A DNA stretch of 64,000 nt from Fonticula alba ATCC 38817 (GCA_000388065.2 KB932207.1), one strand, 5' to 3'; shown: positions 35,820 to 49,345, counted from the first letter of the stretch. A program made the numbers and translations. The notes: generated from the letters alone by a model not told the origin.

Positions 35820-38800
35820 ATGGACCAGCCGAACGTGTCGGTCGGCGACCGCGTGCTGGTCAACGACCGACGCGGCATCGTCCGCTTCGCCGGGCCGATC
35901 GATGGCCTGTCTGGAATGTGCGCGATCACCTCCGCCGCCGTCGACACCTGCCCTGCTTGCCCGCGCGGGTGATGTGCACCCACATCATGCGCCGACAGAA
36001 GCCGCGCTCTCCGCCCGCCCCGCCCTGCCCCCCCTCTTCTCCCGATGCTAACATCTCTCGCCTCGCCGCAGCTGGGTCGGCATCGAGCTTGATGGCCCGG
36101 TCGGCAAGAACGACGGCACTGTCAAGGGCAAGCGCTACTTCACGTGTGCGCCGAATCATGGCCTGTTCGTGCGCCCGACGGCCGTGACGCCACTCGACGA
36201 GCCGGTCTCCCCGGGCCCCGGTGGCGCAGCCTCACCGGTACGTCGCATGCCTGTCCTTGCCCCCCCCCCCCCCCCCCCCCCTGGCGCTCGGGGTCTGTCC
36301 ACCATCTGCATTCGCCGTCACTCATCCACCCCACCCTTCATGGGTCGGACCGGATCGGACCGATCCACCCCCCCCCTCCCCCCCCCCCCCGCTACTCTGC
36401 ACCGCCTGCCGAGCAGGTTGCTCCGGCAAGCCCGGTCATTGCGGCTCCCGAGTCGGTGGAGGCGGCGGCGACGGAGTCGACGGCCGTGCCGGAGCCGGCG
36501 GCCGGGCCCGTTGCCACGGCGGCCGACGCCACCCCTGCTGTGGGTGCCGCTGCGACGGCGGCCACCACGGCAGCCCCCCCGACTGGGTCCCTGCCCCTGT
36601 CGGTGGACGCCACCGTCCCCCAGCGCCACTACGACGATCTGGTGGCCAAATTCCGCCTGCTGGAAACCCGCCTGGTGGAAGAGCGTGCCAAGTCCAAGCA
36701 GGCCGAGCGTCTGCGCCATGAGGCCGAGACGGCGCAGCAGGCACGCCAGCGCCTGGAGGCCCAGGTGGCCGATCTCCAAGCGCAGGTGGTGTCCCTGCGC
36801 AAGCAGGATAGCGAGGAGCGCCGGCAGCGCGAAGAGCGCGAGGAGGCACTGCTTGAGATGGAAGAGCATGCCGAATCGCTGACCATGGGTGCGTGGCGCC
36901 TGTCCCCCCCGGTTTCTTGCCCTGAGTTGCCTGTGCTCGGAGGAGGTGTCTAATTCAATGTGTCCCCCGCGGCCCGGCGCACAGACAAGGAGCTCGCCGA
37001 GGAGCGTGCCGACCAGCTCCAAGCGGAGGTGGATCAGCTTCGCGAGCAGGTCGAAGAGCTGACGCTGGATCTGGAAATCGTGCGCGGCGAGCACGAGGAG
37101 GAGCTGGCCAAGCTGGCGGCCGCCGGCGAGGGGGAAGTCCTGTCGCCGGCGGCCCAGGAGCAGGTGGCCCAGCTGCAGCTGCAGAATGACCGCCTGAAGG
37201 AGGCGCTGATGCTCCTGCGTGACCGGACCACCGAGGAGAAGGCGGCTCTGGCCAAGCGCGTGCGGGACTTGGAGAAGTTCGAGCGCGACATGCCGGAGCT
37301 TCAGGCCAAGTACCTTGCGCTCAAGGCGGAGGTACGGACGAGCGAGTTCTCCGCGCTTGGCATTCGCCCTGCCCTTTGCGTCGCGCCGCCTCCGCTGTCT
37401 GACCCGCCGTCCTGGCCGGTGTGCCCTCGCTGTTCTTTCCATCCCTCCCCCTCTTGCTCCCCTCCCGCCCGGTGCGCCGCGATCGGCGTCAATCGTAGAA
37501 TGCCGACAATGAGAGCCTTGTCGAGCAGCTGAAGCTCCAGGTGGACGACGGCCTCGCCGCCGAGAGCATGGTCGAGGAGCTGTCGGAGAAGGTCCTGGAC
37601 CTGGAAGACCACATCACCGACCTGCAAAACAGCATCCAGGACCTGGAGGACCTGCGCACCCTGAGCGACCAGCTGGAGGACACCTACGTGGAGAATGCCC
37701 GGGCGCTGGAGCAGGCGCTGCAGGAGCAGGAGGCCCTGGTGGCCCGGCTGGCCGGGCAGCTGTCCCTGGAGCATGGGCTTCGGTCGGACCGGGACCTGAC
37801 CATCGACAAGTTCCGCGGGCTGGTGCGCGACCTGCAGGAGCGCATCCTGCATCTGGAGGCCACGCTCGGGAGCCAGAGTGCGGCGGCGGCCGGCACGGCG
37901 GCGGCCGAGTTGGCGGCCGAGTTGCACCGGCGCGCGGCGGCCGCCGCCGAGACGGCTCTCGACGGGTCGGTGCTCGGGGGCGACCCGAGCGCCGGGGCCG
38001 GGGCCGGGGCCGGGGCCGGGCTGGACGCGGTCCCGGCCCTGCAGCGCCTCCTGGCGGCCGAGCAGGCCCGCGTCACCCAGGCCGATGTGGTCCTGCGGGC
38101 GCGCCTGCTGCGCGGGTACCTGCCGGGATCCTGGGCCGGGGCCGTGCAGCAGGCCGACCTCCTGGTGCCGGAGGCGTACTTCCTGGAGCTGGCCCGGTGT
38201 GTGGTGCGCGCCGGTGGCAAGGCCGCCGCGGTTGGCCGGCTGGCGGATCACCTGCTGCCGGCTCGCCCGGACTCGGTGCTGGCTGCGCTGACGCGGCCGC
38301 TTGGCCCGGCCCCGGGGGAGAGCGACGCCGGGCGCCTGGCCGCCGGCCAGGAGCTCGCCCGGCTGGGGCTGGTTGTGACGGCGCGGCGGCCATTGCGCGC
38401 GCTGGAGCGCGGGCTCGGCCTGCTGCAGTTGGCTCTGTCGGTCGCGCGGCCCGGGGCCTCGGGCCGGGTGGTGGAGCTCTTTGCCCCGCAGCTGGCCCCG
38501 GCCGGGGGCGATGCGGCGGCGGCGGCGGCGGCGGCGGCGGCCGGCCCCTCCGCGGCGGCCGGGCCGCTGGCCTCGCTGGGCTCGCTGCTGCCGGATTTGC
38601 CGGCGGCCGAGCGCCGGCTGGATGCCTTGCTCCAGGCCCTGGCACGGACCCTGGCCCAGGTGGAGGGCGCGCCGCGGCTGTTGCATGATGCCGTGGCGGC
38701 CGTGGCGCTTGGGGAATACGCGACGGCGGCCGGGCGCTTTGGCCAGGCCCTCTGCCAGCGTCTGCTGGCCGGGGCCTCCGGCCTGGAGGAGGCCCTGCTG

Positions 38801-39589
38801 GGGGCCGATCGCCGACGGGTGCTGGCCGGCCTGGCTCGCACCCACGCGGCGGCCATCGATGCCCGGGCGGATGATCTGTTTGTGGTCCTCTGCCAGGCGG
38901 CCGGGCACCTGGCTGGTGCCTGGGCGCCGGAGCCGGCCCAAGTGACCGAGGCCGGCGCTGATGCCGAGGAGCCGGACGGGAGTGGCGCGGCGGATGCGCC
39001 CGCCGACTCGGCCTCGGCCTCGGCCCAGGCCCTGGCGCAGCTCTTGACCACGGCCAACCGGCACAACCGCGCCATCCAGGTGCTGGCGAAGAAGCTGCGC
39101 AAGCGCTTCGACTGCGAGCCGGCTCTGCAGCAGCTGGCGGCCCCCGGGCGCTTGGGGGAGTCGCTGTTCGCCGGCGAGCCGGATGCCACGGGCATCGATG
39201 ATGCCCAGGTCCTGGTCGAGCTGGCCGATCTGGAACGCGTCCAGCAGGTGGAGGCCCAGCTTGAGGGCCTGCTGGCCGAGTTGGAGGGGCTGGTCCCGGC
39301 GCTTGGCACCGGCTCGGCCCCGGCCCCGGCCCCGGCGGCCGTGGTTGAGCGCCTGACCCCCCTGGCGCAGCGCCTGGGCGCGACGGCCGAGGCCATGGAG
39401 GCCATTGTCGAGACCCTGCACGGGGTGGATCGCGACATCGGGCCCTCGCAGCCTGAGGAGGTGCGCCCCCCTTTTTTTTTTCTCTCTCTCCCTCTCTCCC
39501 ACTCCCTCTCCGGGCTTGCTGCTTCCTCCCGGCCACTCGCTCTGTGCCCTTTCATGGGCATGGCTCTGCGCATGGCCCTCTCCCCTCCA

Positions 39590-39620
<31 letters not shown>

Positions 39621-40834
39621 TGCACACACATGCACACACATGCATATCTGCCCGGCCCGCAGGGTCCTCTGGCGGCCCTCGGCGAGCGCTTCCGACTGGC
39701 ACTGGAGAGTCAGGAGCAGGGGGATGCCCTGCGTGAGCAGGTGGCCTCCCTGCAGGCAACCATCCAGCAGCATGAGGCGGCGGCCGCCGCGGCGGCCGGG
39801 CGTCTGGATGAAGAGCGCGCCCGAGTGGCCCTGCTGGCCGCGCGTACGGCCTCCGCTCGCGAGGAGGCCGAGCAGGCTGCCCAGCTGGCCGCGAGTCTGG
39901 AAGAGTCCCGCCGCGATGCGCAGATGTATTCCGAGGCCCTGGAAGCCCTGCGTGCCGAGCTGGACGACATGGAAATGCAGAATATCTCCCTGCGCAAGGA
40001 GGTCCGCACATGCTCCCTCACCCTCTCCGCCTCGTACCCCTGCCCGGGGAGCCTAACCCCGTCCGCCGGTCCTTTTGGCCTCATGACCTCCGCGTTCGGC
40101 CGCCATGTGGCTGGGGGTACCCCCACAGCTGTCGGCAGCCGTGCGCGTTGGCGACACGGCCGACGCCGCGCCCCAAACGGCGGCCGCGTCCGCGGCCGAG
40201 GCCAACCCGGCCCACTCGCGTGCCCTCGTCCGGGATCTCTATGCCACAGTGGCGGCGCTGCGTTCGGAGCTGGCGCGGACCCGGGCCACGTCCATCGAGA
40301 GCAGTATGTGCTGTTTTGCCCTTCCGCCCCACGCTCCCGCCATGCCTCATGCCCTGGCTCGCCCGCCGCCCGAGTCACCCATTAACCCGGCAGCACCTCC
40401 CTCTCTCCCTCTCGTCTGCCTCTATGTGTGCGCCGCCCTCCTCCTCCCTCTCCTCCTCTCAACCGGCTGCCCTGTGCCCAGTGGTCGCCACGCTGGCCCC
40501 GCTGCCGGTCCGGCGTGGAGCACCGGTCGCCGCTCCCGCCACCGACGCCACCGCGTCTTCTTCATCACACTCGGCCAGTCGGGCCGCAGTGGCCCCTGCC
40601 GCTTCCTCGGCCCTGTCCTACGCCAACGCCGTCCTCAAGGGTACGTGCCTTGCCCCGCATGTGCCCTGCTGCTTCCGGTCTTCTCCTCGTTCCCCGCCAT
40701 GTGCCCTGCCACATCCTCCCCCCCCCCCCTCGCCTCCGCACCTGACCTCCCCCCCGCTCCCCCTCGTTCTCCCCCGTCCGCACTCTTCCCCTTTCGCATG
40801 TGTGTCTGTGTCTGTCTGCGTATGTGTGTCTGTC

Positions 40835-40870
<36 letters not shown>

Positions 40871-41125
40871 TCTGTGCGCCCAGACTCCATGCAGTTCCTG
40901 GTCGAGCACCGGGTGGCCCGGCTGCGTCCGGGCCCGGTCGACGCGGCGGATGTCCTGCCGCGCGGCGTGAGGACCGCCGGTCATGCCGAGCGCCTGCGCC
41001 TCCTCCGAGCCAAACTCCTGGCCGCGCGCCAGACCCGCGCCCTGCATTCCCTGGCCACCGGGCACTTCGATCCCACCGCCGAGGATGCCCCGCTGCCCGG
41101 TGTGGCAAAGGCCGCGGCGGTTTGA
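35820..41125 (+). CDS. DCTN1: Dynactin subunit 1 (p150Glued)
   Basis: CAP-Gly WVGIELDGPVGKNDGTVKGKRYFTCAPNHGLFVRP; CC1 TMDKELAEERA, LQNDRLKEALMLLRD, LKLQVDDGLAAESMVEELSEK; dynactin domain RLLRGYLP. Nine exons, all phase-compatible. AATAAA at 41163. Confidence 0.95.
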
Positions 41126-41731
41126 AGGCCGATCGCCCCGATCGTTGGCACCCCGGCTGCCCAATAAATAAGACACATCTCTCCCCTCCGCCGGCCGGCC
41201 CCCCCGCGCCGGTTGCCGCTGTGTGTGCGCTATTTGTTCCACCGCCCCGGGGGTGCTGAGGGTGGGGGCGCAGGGGGGGGAACGAGGCAGGGAGAGCGGC
41301 GGCCAGGGCATGTCGTCCCGATCTCACGGCGGAGGCCGATGTTCATTGGCTCGCGCGCCGGCCCGGGGCCCGATCGACACGTCCAGACACCCACGACTTT
41401 CCGCGGCTCCCCTCCGCCCTCCCTCCATCCCTCCGCCCTCCCTCCATCCCTCCGCCCGCCCNNNNNNNNNNNNNNNNNNNNNNNNNNNNNNNNNNNNNNN
41501 NNNNNNNNNNNNNNNNNNNNNNNNNNNNNNNNNNNNNNNNNNNNNNNNNNNNNNNNNNNNNNNNNNNNNNNNNNNNNNNNNNNNNNNNNNNNNNNNNNNN
41601 NNNNNNNNNNNNNNNNNNNNNNNNNNNNNNNNNNNNNNNNNNNNNNNNNNNNNNNNNNNNNNNNNNNNNNNNNNNNCCCCCCCTGCCCGTCGCTTGTTCT
41701 CTGTCCTTCTCGCGCTCCCGCCCCGCGTACC

Positions 41732-43648
41732 ATGGCCGATGCGGCGGAGCTGGCGCACATGGCCCGGGCCCCGCACCCCCACCCGGCCCGGCGCGTCACC
41801 CAACTGGACTCGATCCGGTCGAACACCAGCCTGACCGGGGCGGTCGCGCGCATGCTGGATGACCTGCCTGATTTGGATCCCGACCGGCTGCTGGGCTTCC
41901 TGCGACCGGCGATCGAGTCGCTGAAGGTATGTCTTGGCCGGGCTGGGCATGTTTGTCACCCTCCGCCGCTCGCTCGCCACCCTCCGTCGCTGGCCGTGTG
42001 GGCCGCTCCTGACCCGGGCCCTCGCCGCCTCCTGCAGGCTCTGCTCCTTCGGCTGGTTCCCTTCCTGCCGCTGATCAGGCACCTGGCCCTGGACACAGAT
42101 GGTCCTGATGCCTCGGCGATACCGCTGTCCTTTGGCCAGCAGCTGCTCGGGCTGTCCTTTGTCCCCGCGGATGGTATGTGTTCTGCTTGGCTGTGCATCT
42201 GGCCCCCGGGCTGTCGTCCCTGACCACCACCACCACCACCACCACCACCACCACCACCACCGGCCAGCCGTCGGGGCCTCGAAGACCGGGCCGGCCACCC
42301 TTCCCAGCCCCGGGCGCCGACGGCTTCTCCAATTTCTAGTTCTCCATGCGCTGGTCCCCTGGGCTGCCGAGCATGCCGAGACCCTGCTGACCCAGCTGTC
42401 CCTGGCTGCGGAGGCTGACAATGTGGCTGCCGGGCCAGCCGGGCAACTGCCCAAGCCGGTGCGTGGTACTTTGCCGCGCGAATGCCGGGCCCGCGGGCCT
42501 GGCTCCTGTCGGTATGGCCCACTGACCCGCGCGCGCGCAGACGGGTTCCCTGATTCAAGTGGCACTGCAGGCGGTGCGCATCACGATGCGTCTGACGCAG
42601 CTGGCCCAGCTGGTCAACTTCCTTGGCTTCCTCTTTGGTGGCAGGTCCGCGCCCGTTGTGTCTTCCCTTCCGCTGGCGCGTGCGCCCGCATCCTCCCTCT
42701 TCGCCCGGGGCTCCGATGCTGACCGAATGCCGTCATCCTGCGTGCTGCTCCCCCCCTCCCCCTGTCTCCGAGACAGGTACCCCACCCTGTCGAGTCGAAT
42801 CACTGGCCTGCAACTGTATCCGGCCGGCGAGCGGGCCTTTGGGCCGCCTTCCGCCGCCGAAGGGTCCTTCCCCTGGATGCACCGTGACATTTTGTGGGAT
42901 GCGGTTGGGGTGCGCACCGGCCGATGCACGAGCCTCGGACACACACAATGCCCGTCCATGCTGTCCGTCTGCCTAACACAGGGCCCGTGATGGGCAGACA
43001 TTTGCCTTTTTCGCCGGGCCCTACATCCCGCCGATGGTGGATCTGGCCGCTGGGCTGGGCCGGCACGCGGGCCGGGCGCTGGCCGCCGGGGCCCGGGCGC
43101 TGCTGGCCCCCGACGAGAAGCCCGCCGCAAAAGCGGCGCCAGTCGCCGGGGTCCCGCCGGACGCCCCGTTTGAATGTGCCTTTTGCCGGTGCGTTGCCTT
43201 CCGGGCGCCCTTCCTCCCGCCGGGCGTGGGCTTTTCGCCGCGCTTCCCGTCTGCTGACAAGCGGCGCCTGCCCTGGCTGTGCCCCTCTGCGGGCTTTCCG
43301 GCCGCCAGGGCCCCGGAGGCCGCGGTTGCCGTGGCCATCGCCCCGTGCGGCCACCGGGCATGCTACACGTGTGTCGGGGGCGCCCACGCCGCGCGCGGGA
43401 TCCCGCTTCGCTTTGACACCGGGTCCGGGCCGCAGGGCGACCCCGCAATGTCGACCTTCGTCCTGCCGATGCCGCCGGCCGGTCGGACTCCGCCGCTGGT
43501 GGCCGAGCCCCTCGTCGGCGAGGTGGCCGCCCCGGCCCCGGATCCCGGGCCACAGTCGGTCCTGGAGGTGGTGTCCGGGCTGGCCCTTTTCCCGCTGGAG
43601 TGTCCGCGCTGTGCGACGGCCATCCAGGCGGTGGCCCTCTGGCCCTAG
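41732..43648 (+). CDS. PEX2: Peroxin 2 (RING peroxin)
   Basis: RVTQLDS, SFGQQLLGLSF, LVNFLGFLFGG-RYPTLSSRITG, SFPWMHRDILW...TFAFFAGPYI, and C3HC4 RING CAFC...PCGHRACYTC...CPRC. Confidence 0.88.
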
Positions 43649-44171
43649 AGGCGAAATACACGCACATGCGCGCATACGCACACACACACACACACACACA
43701 NNNNNNNNNNNNNNNNNNNNNNNNNNNNNNNNNNNNNNNNNNNNNNNNNNNNNNNNNNNNNNNNNNNNNNNNNNNNNNNNNNNNNNNNNNNNNNNNNNNN
43801 NNNNNNNNNNNNNNNNNNNNNNNNNNNNNNNNNNNNNNNNNNNNNNNNNNNNNNNNNNNNNNNNNNNNNNNNNNNNNNNNNNNNNNNNNNNNNNNNNNNN
43901 NNNNNNNNNNNNNNNNNNNNNNNNNNNNNNNNNNNNNNNNNNNNNNNNNNNNNNNNNNNNNNNNNNNNNNNNNNNNNNNNNNNNNNNNNNNNNNNNNNNN
44001 NNNNNNNNNNNNNNNNNNNNNNNNNNNNNNNNNNNNNNNNNNNNNNNNNNNNNNNNNNNNNNNNNNNNNNNNNNNNNNNNNNNNNNNNNNGGGGGCTGCC
44101 GGGCCGGCGTGGGCGTGTGCTGGCCGGCGCGTCGGGATTTTGCTTCCCGCACACTGAGGCCGCGCGTGTGC

Positions 44172-44202
<31 letters not shown>

Positions 44203-44451
44203 AATGCTGCGTCCCCGTGTGCATATCCCCCCCCCCCCCCGCGTTCTTGTGGCGAGATCGCCCGGGGGGAGGGGCTATTTGTGCGAGGCAACTCCACCGG
44301 CCCCTATCTCCCGGAGAGTACCCTCCTGCCCTGCCCCCCTCCTGCAAGCCGCCCCCTTTGCCATTCCCCCCCCCCCTGGTCCCTCCTGTCCCACTTCCCC
44401 TCACTCGTATCGGCGGACTCTCCCTCTCTGCCTCCCCCCCCTCCCCTGCGA

Positions 44452-46250
44452 ATGTCCGTGCCATCGGCGTTCGAGCGTCGGCCGACCGGCGTCGCACCAG
44501 CCACCCTGAAGACGCACCCGCGCAAGATTGTGGCTGGGCTGGTCGCGGCGGCGGTGTACCTGCCCCTGGCCGGCCTGGCGGCCGCCTTCCTGGCCGGGTG
44601 CATTGTGTACTATGCGGTCTTTGTGTTGCGCTCCCCGCGCGAGGCCTTCCGGCGGTTGTTCGACCCGCGCTACAATGTGGTCACTGAAACCGACCCGTCG
44701 GTGGCGGCGGTCGGCCGGGCGGCCATCACCGGCGCTGGGCGCCCGGGCGACCGGCACCTCCGCATCGAGGGCTCCTCCGGGAACATCCTGCACATGGTCG
44801 TGCGCGGCGGGCAGTCGCCGGAGTCCCGGGCGCCCGGGGCCCCGTGGCTGCTCTTTGTCCACGGCTTCCCCGAGTGTTGGTTCTCCTGGGACGCGCTCAT
44901 GGACCAGCTCAGCCGCCAGGCCGACGAGGAGGGCCCGGACGGTGCGGCCGCCCGGCCAGCCCTGCTGGCCAGCCGCGGCTTCACCTGCGTCGCCATCGAT
45001 CTGCGCGGGTACCATCTCAGCCCGAGCCCCACCGATGGGGGGTTCACTGCCTTCCGCCGGATTGACCTCTCCCGTGACCTGGCCCTGGCCATCGCCACCA
45101 TCCAGCGCCGCGAGCGCCTCGGCCCCTGCTGCGTGGTGGCCCACGACTGGGGCGGTCTGGTGTCCTGGTGCGTCGCGCCGACCGGCCACATGCGGGCCCG
45201 TGCTTCGACCGGGTGCCTGCCTGGCGCCGGCCCTTCGGCGAGGCGCTCGGTCCTCGCCAGTTCCTGCCTTTCTTTCCCCTTCTCGCGTCCCTTTCGCCGC
45301 CGTGCCTCAGCTCACACCCCTGCCCTCCACACACTGCCGCAGGGATACGGCTTACCTTCGCCCGGACTTGGTCAACCGCCTGGTGATCCTGAATTCGCCG
45401 CACCCGCGCCGTTTCCAAGAAATCCTCGGCTCCTCAGACCAGCTAAAGCGGGTGCGTCTCTCTGCCGGTTGTCCGGTCCTCTTGGCCGCTTTTCCCCCGA
45501 CTATCTGCGCCACTCCTTCCATATCTCCCTGCCCTCCTTCTCCTCCTCTTTCTCTCTTTCTCTTTTCTTCTTTCTCTTTCTCTCTTTCTCTTTTCTTCTT
45601 TCTCTCTTTCTCTTTTCTTCTTTCTCTCTTTCTCTTCCTCTCTCTTCCTCTCTCTTCCTCTCTCTTCCTCTCTCTTCCTCTCTCTTCCTCTCTCTTCCTC
45701 TCTCTTCCTCTTTCTCTCTCTCTTCCTCTTTCTCTCTCTCTTCCTCTTTCTCTCTCTCACACACACGCGCGCACGCACACCGCCACAGTCCTTCTACATT
45801 CTGCTCTTCTCAATTCCCTACCTGCCTGAGGCGCTGGAGCGCTTGACCAACTTCACCATCCTCAACCGAATGCTGCACACCTTCAACCCCCAGACCGGCC
45901 AGCTGGACCGCCCGCTTCCGGAGGACGACCTCAAGGTGTACCGCTATGTCATGTCTTCCTCTGGCACCCTGACCGCGGCGCTGAACTACTACCGCTGCCA
46001 GCTGTGGGACATGATCTTCAGCCCGCTGGTCGGTCCGGAGGTGTTCGGCGGCGTGCGGCTCCCGGGCCCGGAGCAGAAGCTCCAAACCAAGACCATGGTT
46101 GTCTGGGTACGTGAGACTTGCCTTCTGCTCTGCCCTTGCACCGGCCGCCCGTCCCACTGGCGAGGGGCCCTAGCGGGCCTCCTCCGCTGTCTGCTCCTCC
46201 CCTTTTCCTGCCTTCCCCGCTGCCACGCGCCAGCCACCGCTGACTCCCCC

Positions 46251-46316
<66 letters not shown>

Positions 46317-46495
46317 CCCGCCACCAGGGCGAGAATGACATCGCTCTGAACATCGAGCTGTCCAAGGGCCTGGATCGCTTTGTGGAGGATGTGCGTGTGC
46401 GCTACCTCCCGGGCTGCTCGCACTGGGTTCCCTTCGACAAGCCGGTCGAGGTGGCCCGGCATGTGCGGGAGTTCCTCTCGGACTGGCCGCAGTGA
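44452..46495 (+). CDS. Alpha/beta-hydrolase epoxide hydrolase (EPHX3/EPHX4-like) with an N-terminal membrane anchor
   Basis: LLFVHGFPECWFSW, AIDLRGY, nucleophile AHDWGG, SFYILLF and ALNYYR tyrosines, WGEND acid, SHWV histidine. Four exons (donors 45168, 45452, 46107). Confidence 0.92.
45540..45760 (+). repeat. Intronic CT microsatellite with a (TCTCTTCCTC)n core
   Basis: Visible in intron 2 of the epoxide hydrolase gene. Confidence 0.9.
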
Positions 46496-47005
46496 TGCCG
46501 GCCGAGGCCGCAAAAGCGGGGCCCCCCACCGCGTGCATATGGCCTCGGGCAGGCCACCCTCTCCTTCCACCCGTGCGCTCTTGCCTGAGCATGTGCACTC
46601 CCCGCCCCTCCCCTTTGCACCCCGCCCCCCGATGGCGAGGCAATCGACACCACCCAGCCCATGCCCTTGTCCTGTTTGTCCAGCTGCCATGTCTGTTGAG
46701 GGAGGGGGAGAGGGGAGGGGGAAATCCCCACACACGACTCCATGAGCCTGACGTGCTCGTGTGCGTGTGTGTGTGTGTGTGTGTGTCTGTGTGTGTCTGT
46801 GTATTGCAGTGTTTTGATGAGAGGCAAGGACATTCCCCGGCGCCGACAAGTGTGGGGCCCGGGGACAAGGGGCAAAGAAGGCATCCCAGGATGTCTCCCG
46901 GCTGGGGAGGAAAGAGGGCCCGAGGCCCTGTGCGTCGAGGGACGGGGCGCACGCGCGCGTCCGTGCCCCGGCCACCGTGTTCGGTGTGGTACCCAAGGCA
47001 GCGCC

Positions 47006-47587
47006 TTAAGAGGGACGGCGGGAGCTGTAAGGCGCGTGTGCGAGCGCGCAACAGGAATCCATGACGATGGCGGGGAGGAAGAGAAGGAGGAGGGGGAGGA
47101 TTAGCATACAGGACCGGGTCACGGAAAAGGAGCTGGACACAGAAGGGCAATGGCAGGAGAGACCGGGGCGTCGAGGGAAGAAGAGTGAAGGCAGCGCAGC
47201 GCAGCGCAGCGCAACGTACCGGAAGCCAGCACCGGCAACACCGCCGCGGAAGCGGCCGCGCGGGGAGCCGCCAGCGAAACGGCCACCGCGGAAGCCCGGC
47301 GGGAAGGGCATGTACCCGCCGTACATGAAGGGCGCGCCGGGGAACATCATGAACCGGCCACCGCGCGAGGCCGACATGCCCGGGGTGTTGGTGCGCTTGC
47401 GAGTGACGTGAATCTTCCGGCTGTGCAGCAGGGTGTCCGTCAGACTGAGGGCCCGCTCCACGCTCTCGGTCGACTCGAACTCGATGTAGGCAAAGCTGCA
47501 CGTAGGGGCGCGAGGTCAGGAAGGCAGGGCGCGGTTGTCAGAGGCCATCGGGACCGGGAGGGCGGGGGCCAAAGTGCACGCGCGCGC

Positions 47588-47618
<31 letters not shown>

Positions 47619-48461
47619 TGTATACACGTACCCCTTCGGGCGACCGGTGAACTTGTCACAGAGGATGGTCACGCGAACAACGGTCCCGGCTGGCGAGAAG
47701 AGCCCGTGCAGCTCCTCGGGAGTCGTGTCGAAGTGGACCTACAACGGAGTCAGTACCTGGGGAGTGGGTGCCGATGTCCACACCAGCACATCAGGGGATG
47801 GCGGGGGGGCGGGGCGGAAGAGGACGGAGAGAAACGCACATTACCCACGAAGACCGAGCGCGAGTCAATCTCCTCGCGCTCGGCTGTCCAGGAGAGGCAG
47901 GGGAGGGAGGGGGAAAGGGCGCGGCATGAGGGCGAAGTCAATGGGACGGGCCAAAAGGGAGGAGGGACAGAAGAGAGGCCAGGAGACGCGCGACAAAGCG
48001 GCAACACACCTTGCGAAAGGATGGGCGGGGTCGAGGCAGCATCCTTCGGCAGGGAAGGGTCCGAGCCGGAGGCCACAACCTGCTGGGCTTGGATTTGCTG
48101 CAGGAGAGAAAGGTCATCGTCGGCATCGTCATCGCTCATCGGCTACATGCGCGTATGCGTGCGCGTGCGCGTACATACGTGTGTGTGTGTGAGTATGTAG
48201 AGGCCCTTTATGGCTGGCGGGGCGCGCAGGGGCAAGCGGCATGAAGGTGAAGGGGCAGGCATGCCCGGTGCGCACCGCGGCATTCTCCGAGGAGGCCAGG
48301 TCGTTCTCGGCACCGGAGGCCGGGACGGTGGCGTCGACCACCGCCGTAGTCGGCACCGAGGCAGCAGCAGCCGGGCCCTCGGCCGGGGCGGCGACGGGGG
48401 CCTCAGCGACGGCCGGCACCGGGGTCTCGAAGGGGGAGGTGACAGGCACAGTGGTGGACAT
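47006..48461 (-). CDS. PABPN1: Nuclear poly(A)-binding protein (PABPN1/Pab2)
   Basis: EREEIDSRSVFVGN-VHFDTTPEELH...[21 protein letters not shown]...KRTNTPGM, followed by an RGG-rich tail. The exact last exon is less certain. Confidence 0.93.
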
Positions 48462-49249
48462 GATGGGCGTTGGTGTCTCTCTCTCTTTCTTACACTACCG
48501 GATCTCGTCGGCAGGGGGGGNNNNNNNNNNNNNNNNNNNNNNNNNNNNNNNNNNNNNNNNNNNNNNNNNNNNNNNNNNNNNNNNNNNNNNNNNNNNNNNN
48601 NNNNNNNNNNNNNNNNNNNNNNNNNNNNNNNNNNNNNNNNNNNNNNNNNNNNNNNNNNNNNNNNNNNNNNNNNNNNNNNNNNNNNNNNNNNNNNNNNNNN
48701 NNNNNNNNNNNNNNNNNNNNNNNNNNNNNNNNNNNNNNNNNNNNNNNNNNNNNNNNNNNNNNNNNNNNNNNNNNNNNNNNNNNNNNNNNNNNNNNNNNNN
48801 NNNNNNNNNNNNNNNNNNNNNNNNNCGTAATGGTGGACAAGACTGGCCCGGCGGCCGAACGGGCCACAGCAGGAGGCACACCCCGGGGGCGCACCAGGAG
48901 GGCGGCAGCCCCGCGCGCGCGCGCGCGCGCACACACCGCCCGGGCGGGAGGATGGTGCAACGATGGTGCCCACGCATGTGATCATCCGCCGCGTGTCCGT
49001 GAGAGGAGTCGCGTTCTGCACGTGTAGAACCGGGGCTGCTTGCGGGGGGTTGTGTATTGCCGCCGATGTGTGGGCGCGGCCGGGCGGGGGGCGAAGAAAA
49101 AAGGCAGGAGGAAAAAGCAGGGAGCCAAAAAAGGGCGGAAAAATGAACTGCCCCCCCCCCGGCCTCCGATCCCACGCGGGGTGTGATGATGGTCGCGCAT
49201 GCAGAGAGGGGCCCATCGGGACCACACATGGCATGTGCATGCACAACTG

Positions 49250-49281
<32 letters not shown>

Positions 49282-49345
49282 CACGCATACACGCTTATGG
49301 CACACACGCCTCCCCTCGGCCCCTCGCCAGTCGCATGCTTGCTCA

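Noticed and set aside
42222-42262. Apparent poly-Thr/poly-His tract in PEX2
   Set aside because: The (CAC)n lies between a CTGAC branch point and the GGCCAG acceptor, so it is intronic.
47744-47760. In-frame TAG inside the PABPN1 RRM (GTA CTG ACT CCG TTG TAG)
   Set aside because: It is intronic: TACTGAC branch point and TTGTAG acceptor; splicing gives GN-VHFDT, matching PABPN1.
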